A stretch of 64,000 bases of DNA from assembly GCF_009914755.1 (NCBI RefSeq), contig NC_060947.1; one strand, written 5' to 3'. Both the position numbers and the translations under genes were made by a program. The number at the start of each line of letters is the position of its first letter. Positions within the stretch are counted from its first letter, which is position 1. Shown here piece after piece: positions 54,149 to 64,000 of the stretch. The DNA is from the human T2T-CHM13v2.0 reference genome, Homo sapiens. The notes below the pieces were generated by a model. It was not told where the DNA came from. It made no database searches and saw nothing but the letters and a program-made list of their open reading frames with translations.

Positions 54149-54843
54149 GTAATTACTTTCCTGTTGCTCCCACCATAAGTTTCTGCGAACCCTTCCTTTG
54201 GTGGTAACTTTCGTGCCCAGGATTCTGTTGGGTGTAATGGGAATTCCAGAAAATATGAAGAAATACATTCTTTGCCAACAAAGGAGCCACTTTTCTTATT
54301 GAAAAGGCAGAATTTTCCAAAGGAAATAATTAGAAAATTATATAGAACAAGCACATGATTAAGTTCTAAATTGTGCATTTTACTCGATACCCAAATGTTA
54401 TTAGAATCTTCCAAGGACAGGAGGAAGAAAAACAATCTTTGTGCCAGAAAACTATAGGGAAAGAATGAACGGAGTGTGTTGTGGGACTTGAGCTGACCAG
54501 TAGATGCTAAGAATGATTTGGTTATTAAAGCCTGAATATGCACAGGCAATTCAAGGCAACAGAGGGTAATGGACATATTTTGGTAATATTTAGAGCAGGA
54601 TTTCTCATCAGAGACCCAGGCCTCATTCCCAGAGAGTCTGATTTAATTGGTCTGAGGTGGAGCGTGGACATGGGTATCCTTACAAAGCACCCCTGGTGTT
54701 AGCAATGGGCCAACCAGGTTGGAAATCAATGATTTGCATCGAAGTGACCTGCACTCATGCAGGACCCAGGGTGAGGAGGTGCAAAGCTGGTTACAGTGCT
54801 TATTGGGCTTTTCCATAATCATTTCCATTATTTATACTCACAG

Positions 54844-55031
54844 GTCTGCATTACTAGCGTACATGGAAGAAATGGGGTGATAGATTATACTATTTTTTTC
54901 ACCTTGGATTCTGTGAAACTTCCTGATGGATACGTACCTCAAGTAGATGATATCGTCAATGTGGTCATGGTGGAGAGCATTCAGTTCTGCTTTATTTGGA
55001 GAGCGATTTCTATCACCCCAGTGCATAAATC
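54844..55031 (+). pseudogene. Copy C exon 5 (VCITSVHGRNGVIDYTIFFTLDSVKLPDGYVPQVDDIVNVVMVESIQFCFIWRAISITPVHKS)
   Basis: TCACAG acceptor; TC|GTAATG donor; read-through gives TCG TAA; ORF track 54796-55035. Confidence 0.9.
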
Positions 55032-55318
55032 GTAATGACAAAGCATTTTTATTCTGTTTATCTTTCCTTTTATGAGCAGTAAAGGGGCTGGTTTAACTTA
55101 AAAGGTTAGCTTAGTAAGCCTAAATAGTATTTTATATATGACTTTTCTGGCAAATCTAATTGAGACACTGGCCAGTCCAACTGGACCAGGAACCCAGCTT
55201 AGGGAAATAACTTATTAATTAAAAAGCATGCTAAATTAGCTTGCTAGTCACTGGAGGAAAGGAGTTCTTAATTAAAATGAACACGGCCATTAAATTTGAA
55301 TTCCATATTTCCCATTAG

Positions 55319-55388
55319 CAGCAGCGGATTCCAGGATGACGGAGGCCTGGGACGGCCCAAAAGGGAACGTCGGAGCCAAAGCATTTAA
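55319..55388 (+). pseudogene. Copy C exon 6 coding part (SSGFQDDGGLGRPKRERRSQSI*)
   Basis: ATTAG acceptor; TAA at 55386-55388; matches the recalled CT55 C-terminus; candidate polyA signals ATTAAA at 55650 and AATAAA at 55786. Confidence 0.87.
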
Positions 55389-58369
55389 CTGAAAAGGCAT
55401 CAGGGACAGCATGTTAAAGGCATGATTTAAAGTTACAATTTGACTTCAGTTTTGAGCCCCGTTATGCTGCCTGTACAACCTGTATTGTTCCATAGCCTCT
55501 TTCATCTTCTGTCACCCACATAACTTGCGGTGTTTGTTGTTTTACTTGTTCCTTCTTCCCCATGCTAGAATGTAAACTCCACAATGGCAGGATGTCTTTT
55601 AATCTGGTTTTTTTTTTTCTTTTTTCTTTCTTTTTTTTTTTCTGTTGTCATTAAAGCATCACCAAGCACTTAGAAGAGTGCCTGGCAGACTCAATGAGCA
55701 GATAAAATGTTATTAAGTTCAATGACTGAATGACTGGGCCAGCAATGATACTTACCTGTGGTTCATTCATCACTGGTTCCTTAGGAATAAAATTGTTGAG
55801 CAATGCACTAAGACCTCTCTGTTGATTTTTAAACAACACCAACAACCATAGAAAGTCGACTCTGCTGTACATGAGCCTCTGTGAGCCACTTTGTTGCAGG
55901 GGTGCAGCTCATGTGAAGTCACGAAGAAACGTACAAACACAGAGCCCCTTGAGGGAAGGACAAGCTGCTTACCCACTGGGAAAGGTTATACTAAAATCCC
56001 ACAAGTAAACTCCAGGAAACTTCATGCTTTCTTCTAATAGAATATTTAACCAGGTAGCTGTGACCTAGGGGAAGGGATATATTCAGACCTTTGGGCATAG
56101 CTTGAGTGTCGTTGTAAACTTACCCTGAGTCCTGTGATTCATAATTCCACCATTACCACCGGTCCTTGAATAAACAGAGTTGTGTTTTGACTTTCCACTA
56201 CAGATCCAGTGAGACCTCTCAGTTATCCAGGGATTTGTTTCCCGCTTGATAGAAACAGTGAAGGTCTTGTAAAGTTCCCATTTTCACTCACTGGTTCACT
56301 CCACAAAATCCTACTGATTCTCTTTGATGTGCCAGGCACTGTTGAGGCTCTAGAGTTATATCCTTAACCAAAAGGACAAAATTCCAGGCCCTAATGGAAT
56401 TGTGTTCTTTCAATGCCCCAACCCCACCCCCCCGGCACCCCCACCGTCCTCGGCTTCCTGACCCATGCAGCAGTAGCTCCTATGATTGAAAGGGGTAAGT
56501 GGGAGCTGTGGCAACACCAGGTCCCTGTGAATGTCGTCATTCAAAAGCAACCCCACACCCTGTGGAATTACAGAGCAGTCCACGTTGGACTTGAGAGATG
56601 CAAGGGTCATGACTTTCACTACCTCCCCATTTAATTCTGCAGTTTGTTTGATGTGGAAGAATGTTCTTTGGGAGTTACAATGTATTATGATAAGCCCAAT
56701 CAGCTGATGATTCAGTCACAGCCACTGTTTCACAAACTTCCTCACAGGACTGAAGATCACCTGGGAGGCAGCAGTTCAGCTGGGCAGTGGGGCAGGGATT
56801 GGATACATTTCCTCTATCTTCTTTCAAATAGCAAAGCCCAGAACTGCTTTGCTTTCATAAGGCAGACCAAGCGGTTCATTTTGAATATTTTGCCTCAGGG
56901 ATGTGTTATGCCAAGGCTCTTTCCCACAATTGATAATGAATGGTCCTTGATCATCTCACCCCCATCACACCTGTGTCCCTAAATGGATGACCTCACGGCA
57001 CAAGGACGGAAGGACTCAGGGACTAGGAAATAGTAGACTGTGTCAGAAACGTGCTTTCCCCACGTACAAAAGATTTGGATTGAAAATACAGGGACCTGTC
57101 ACCACGAGTTTCTGGGGCGCCAGTGTTCTGCCACGGAGCTTCCAACTGCCCCATGCCGTGAAGGCGTTGCAGATGTGCTGATATCAGATGCCTCTCAGCT
57201 CATTTAGTGATACATGCAATGAAGAAAATGAAATAAGATAATGATCTTTAGCCGGGTTTGGCAAACTATGGCCCTTCTGCCAATTCTGGCCTGATGCCTA
57301 CAATGATTCTAAAACATAAAGTTATACTTAGGTACCCGGAGCCTAATCATGGCCCAATAGATTGAACCTAGTGTTCTCGCTGTCATGATAATGCATACTG
57401 TTAATCAAAGGGGTACATTGAAGCCTCTCATCGTGATTGTGGTTTCATCCTCTAACCACCTGTAGCTTTCAGAGGTTCTGGTTTGTCATTTCACTCCTCT
57501 TGTGAGATGCATAAATCTTTAACTGTACATCTGCCAAAGGGATATACTCTGTGAATGTAAACAACCCCTCTTTGTTATGCTTAGGGTGTAGTTCTCTGTT
57601 TTGTCAAAATTTCAAATTCTACTTAATCAGCCCTATTTAGAAGGATCCCTGTTCCCTTGGTGTTGGAGAATATGATGTTTTGAATTGAAGCTCTTATTTC
57701 TGTTGGCAAACTTGAGGTTGCACGTAAACCTCCAGTATCCAGCCCAGGAATACAGAGTTTATTCCATGTTTTCCTCTCTTTCCACCTTTCCATGTGTATT
57801 GTTTCCTTCTCAGCTTTGGGGAACCCTACCTTCCATTATCCTCTGTGTATTTACTTCTTTGCACAATCCTACCGTATATGCTCTCCTACTGTGGACAGCC
57901 TTCCATCTGTTCTCTAACTCCCTCTTCTCATGCACCCTGGCTTGCAGGAGGCCTCCTTGGAACCATTTTTTGGCAGGCTCCATGCCTGCCTTCCTAAACT
58001 TGGGTGCCCTGCTCTACAGGGATGGGAGGGCTAGAGAAAAAGGCTCTCTGTTGCCTTTGGAACTGCTCACAGAACTGGCTTTTAGTCACCATTTCATTGT
58101 AATAGTCACCTAGGACAGCCTGGGTTAAATGCTTCATGAGTTTCTTTCCAGAGCTGCTGGCCTGGCCAGAAGAGTGAAGGGTTGGGGTTGGTTAAGGACT
58201 ATCAGTCTAAACATCCATAACTGAGGACTCAGATCAGTTAGCACTCTTGTTGGTCTCATAAGGGGGAGGAAAAGAGTTCACCCTGCTGGGGCAACGTCAT
58301 CCTACCGTGGTTTCACTTTCTAAGAGCATTGCCCCAGTCGACCCTAAATGAGGTGAATTAGAAACTTCA

Positions 58370-59205
<836 letters not shown>

Positions 59206-61942
59206 AGAGAGCTAACATTGACATTCTGTAACAAATAAAAGCCATCCATACACTCATTGTGTTTTCAAAAACAAAGATATGGATTGGGAAAACTCCCATC
59301 ACATGAGGATCCCAAAATTCCCATGGATGGGAATTGTCCCCATCCATTAAATCATAATGAATAATACATGTATTGATACATGTCATCTAAACCTTGTCAC
59401 TCTATTCTGATAGAAATGTTTGTCTAAACACTAGTCCAGTGTTTATTTACACTTATTTCCAGTGTAGCTTTTGTAATGGAAGGAGTAACATTTTACTCCA
59501 TGGTGCAATTCATGTACACAAGGGAGGCTGAGTCACTGACATGCAAGAGAACCCAACTTATTGGCCTATAATCGTTATAAGTTTCTGCTGTGGTCACACT
59601 CCTGGGGACAGGTTGCAAAGCCAGGAAAAAGTTGAGTTGAGCCGGGATCTAGTGTCTTCAAAACTACAGCTCTTACATTTACAGCCAGCTGCAACATAAT
59701 TCTGAATGAGGCCCAATACTGTTTAGGTAGATGCACAAAGCAAAGCAAAGTAGTCAGATTTGGTGTGAATTGCCTTAAAACCAGATCCTTTCTCAGGTTG
59801 CTGGAATGGTTCAGGATCTTACCCTTTTCTGATTCAACTAATTGCTGTGGTATTTATTGAGAACCTACCATGTGCCCAGCACTGTTCTAGATGCTGAAGG
59901 CCCAGCAGATGGAAAAAGCAACCACGAACAAAAGCTCTGCAGTCATGAAGCTGACATACAAGTGGGAAGAGACCGACAATAAATACTCTGATAAGCATAT
60001 GAATAAGTAAGAATTTCCGTCTAGCAGTTAGTGACAGAAAGAAATGTAAGCAGGTGATTCTGATAAGAGGTTTTTGATGGCAGTGACCACGAACAGATGG
60101 TTTTCAATATTTTCAGTCGGAGTCAGTTTCCCTGATTTGAGAGTGAAACATGCAGGTCACTAGAAGCCAAGAAGGCGAATCACATGGTTATATCTTTGCT
60201 GGAATCTGGCACTGAATGATTGCTTCATGGATACTTGTGAAGGTGTGCATTTTGTTCATGGGAGACAGTTAAAATGTGAGAAGGTTTAATGGGGTGCATG
60301 GCATCCTTGTTCAGAATTGCTGTTAATCTACTTTGTGTCCAGCCCTTGTATATGCCAAGCACTGGGCTAAGGGCCTTGGGACACACACGTCATTTAATGC
60401 TCACAAAGAATCCTATGAAAGAAGTCCCAGTAGCGTCGTGTCCATTCAACAGCCAAGTCAGGGACACAAACAGGAAAGAGGGGGCGCACAGCTGCTCTGT
60501 GGCCCAGTGGAATTCATCCCCTGGCATTCAGGTCCAGCAGCCATTTCTTATCTGATGTGTTCCGGGCCTCTGGAGGCACCTCCTACCACAAAGATCATTC
60601 ACAGTGTTTCCAGCAGGTTGGTATAGAAGAGCCCCTTCTTTGTTCTGCAGTATTCTCTCAGCAGGGACCTGTCTTCCTGGTGCTGGAATCTACCTGTAGC
60701 TTCTCTGCCAACAGAGTTTGAACCCTGCAGAGGAGGCTGAGTCTGACTTAGTGAAGTTTGCCAGAGAAGGCTATTTCTTACCTCTTTCTAAGGCGATTTC
60801 TTAGCACCAATCTCTTGCTGCAGCATCCGTTATTAGCTCTATTTGTGCCAGCAGGGACACATGGAAGGGTTTTGGGCATGTTTTCATATGTCTGAGTGGC
60901 TGCTGTCTCTTTGGTTCTTTCTGCTTTCTTCTGTGCCATGATGGAAACTAAAACATTTGACCCAGTGACTTTTTTTTCAATCATTCTTTAGAGGTGGTGA
61001 GACTACAGGTATGTTTTCAAAGGATTGATAGTTTTTGCTGATGGATGGCGTGAAGAGTGTAAAGAAAATGGAGAAAACTAAGGGTTATGGCAGGGATATG
61101 ATGTTAACCCACTGTGTGAACTGAGCTGACATCGTCTGAGACGGAGAAGTTTTAAGGAGGTGCAGGGGTTGAAGGAAGCTCAGGGCACGTGAAATTTTGG
61201 ACACCTTACCCTTGAGTCGTCTATGGGACAACCATGTGTGTGACTCAGTATATATATGGGATTGGGAGTTACCTGCCGTTAGATGCCATGGGGCTGGCGT
61301 GTGGATAGAGAAGCCATTCAGGGCCTGGGCCCTGGAGCAGTCTCGTGGGATCCTGATAGGAGGAAGATCTCGCAAAAGAAGCCGAGAAGGAGCCTTTCTA
61401 GGAGAGGGTGGTCACACAGAAGACCGAAGAACTTATTTCAAGAAATGGGGAGTCCTCAACTCCGTCAAACACTGAGAGGTTGAGTGATGAGAGCTTAGCA
61501 TATTGACCACTGGATTTGGTGACCTGGAGGTTTCCTGCCATCTTAAGAGCAAGTTAGGGGCATGATGTCGGTAAAAGCCTAATGCCAGAGGAATAAGGAG
61601 GGAATGGGAGCTCAGCAAGTGAGCAGAGGTGATTCTTGAAATAGCATTTGCTGTGGGGGACAGGATGCAGAGGAATGGGACTGAAGGGGAAATGAGGCCA
61701 AGGAAGCTTATTTATCTATGCACATTTTTAAAGATGGGAGTTACTTGTCTGTGACGTTTTTAAGATGGGTGATTCTTGTGTATGTTTGCATGTTATTCCA
61801 TTAGAAGCAAAGATTCAAAAAGAATGGTTGTTGACGCAGGACGAAGAGAGACAATAGCAACAGAAGCGACATCCTCAGAGAAAATGTGTCAAGAGAATGG
61901 TTCCATGTGCTCAGTGGAGGGTCAGCCCTGGGAAGGGGCTGA

Positions 61943-62347
<405 letters not shown>

Positions 62348-62458
62348 ATGGCCTTTGTTTTCTCAGAGAAATAAGAGGAAATGTCTGCTTATCTGTGTGT
62401 CCTAATTTTTCATTGACAATCATAGAATATTGGAGTAATCAAAATGTACAAGAGCAGT

Positions 62459-62942
62459 TGTTGTGGGTTCAGTTTCGCCCCTAAAGAGTTATGCTCAAGT
62501 TCTAAGTCCCAATACCTGTGAATGTGACTTTATTTGGAAATAGGGTCTTTGCAAAAAAATAAAATAAAAAACGAAAAAGTCAAATTAAGATGAGGTCCCA
62601 CAGCATTAGGATTGGTCATACACCACTAATCTAGTGAGTGGTGGCATTATAAGAAGAGGGATATTGGACACACAGACACACAGGTAAGAGCACCATCAGA
62701 TGAAGGAGGAAGTGCTTGGAGTGATGCATCTGCAACCCAAGAAAAGCCACCAATGACTACTGGTAACCTCCAGAAACTTGTAATAGACTCTCCATCAGAG
62801 CTCACCAGAAGGAACCAACCTCACTGACAACTTGATTTCAGACTGGTAGCCTGCAGAACTGCCACAGAATAAATTTCTGTTGTCTTAAGCCGCCCAGTTG
62901 GGGTAATGTGTTTTGGCCTCCCTAGGAAATTAACACAGCTGT
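62459..62942 (+). mobile_element. MLT1-type LTR (inverted duplicate)
   Basis: tgttgtgggttcag...gaatgtgactttatttggaaatagggtctttgca...aataaatttctgttgtcttaagcc. Confidence 0.75.
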
Positions 62943-63633
62943 GTTACATTTAGAAGCATAGATAACCTCAGATTGTGGAAAATCATACTTCCTGGGGGTA
63001 ATACAGTAGGATTATTGGGTAGTATTGAGTGGTCCCTGTGAAATGTGTGTCCCTATTTTGGTATGGGTCTATATAGCTGCATTTGGTGTTATAATTTATG
63101 CAGCAGAGTTCTGTTACTTGGGTGCAGGTGGAGAATAGTTGGATAGCTGGGCCTTACTAGACTCCAGTTTTGCCAGCGGAGAATGACAAAGTGAATGAAG
63201 TTTGACAGGTGATGGTGTTTGCAAAGGAGATGAAACAGAGGAGGGAGGGTTGGGGATGAGAAATGAAACTTGAGGGGAAGCCTGAGGTTTGACTGTGAGG
63301 ACGAGAGGAGTCGGGGAGCAGAGAGGCCGGGGTGTCTTATGGGTCATCCACTAGGAGAGTGACACAAGTAGTGGTATAGAGAGACACAAGACCTTGGTGC
63401 ACAAGACCTCAGTGAAAGCAAATACAGGGGAAATACCATGACATTGGTATGGACGGTTGTAAAGACACCAATTGTGAAGTGGTATGTGCTATGAACTAGG
63501 CTATTCAAATGAGAAACATGAAAAGTGATTTAAAACTCAATGGATTGAATCTTCATCAGAAACCTTTGAACAGGAAATTCCACTCCTAAGAGTTTATGCT
63601 GGAAACATAAATGAAGCAGGAGAATTTATTTCT

Positions 63634-63715
63634 CTGTGTGTGTGTGTGTGTGTGTAAGATAATAAATATACATGTTAAAATGTACATACATGCATATACA
63701 CACACACATACATAC
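63634..63715. repeat. (TG)n and (CA)n simple repeats
   Basis: Direct reading. Confidence 0.85.
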
Positions 63716-64000
63716 ATGCGTATTATGTGTCTTCATTATCAACCTATAATCAGTTGTATTCCATGTAAGCCACCTCCTCTTTTTAAGAAACATCATGAGA
63801 TGTTTCAGGTCTGTACATATGAAGATGTACATATAGCCTACTTGGCCAGCCCCACTGACCCTGATACCCTGCACAGTTTGCACAGATAGGCCACAATGAC
63901 CACTGCTCAGTCATAGTGTGACCTCCTGAAACATGTGTCTGCCTGCTTTAAGCCCACCAATTAAAACTCCCCACGGGAAACCCGTTTGGATAACCCCTGG

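Larger units (their letters stand above)
41520..55388 (+). pseudogene. CT55 paralog copy C; inverted, lacks exon 1, promoter and the first 40 nt of exon 2; remaining exons open
   Basis: Exons at 41534-41678, 51781-51925, 54036-54148, 54844-55031 and 55319-55388, all GT-AG; in-frame ATG at 41520. Confidence 0.83.

Overview
Primate (human or very close) genomic DNA containing a three-copy segmental-duplication cluster of the cancer/testis gene CT55 (CXorf48; X-linked, OB/S1-like repeats related to the MOV10L1 N-terminus, identified from recalled protein sequence). Copy A (minus strand; coding exons 1-3 at 10969-10876, 9576-9392, 354-210; the rest lies left of the window) matches CT55. Copy B (minus, 34482-~19701, tandem, ~23.3 kb period) has open exons 2-5 and GT-AG sites on introns 1-4. 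Its exon 1 carries a 16-unit 15-bp minisatellite encoding (G/D)PQ(Q/E)Q, and one extra base in that array is the only lesion blocking a ~317-aa protein. Copy C (plus, 41534-55388) is inverted and starts mid-exon 2 at a 6-bp microhomology junction. It has an in-frame ATG just upstream, a fully open exon 2-6 frame (~224 aa) and a copy-specific sense solo LTR13. The copies are a patchwork of near-identical and strongly non-synonymously diverged blocks. The remainder is interspersed repeats (old L1 in intron 2 of every copy, Alus, MLT1/MST LTRs, L2, a U3 5' fragment). All alignments and counts were done by eye.
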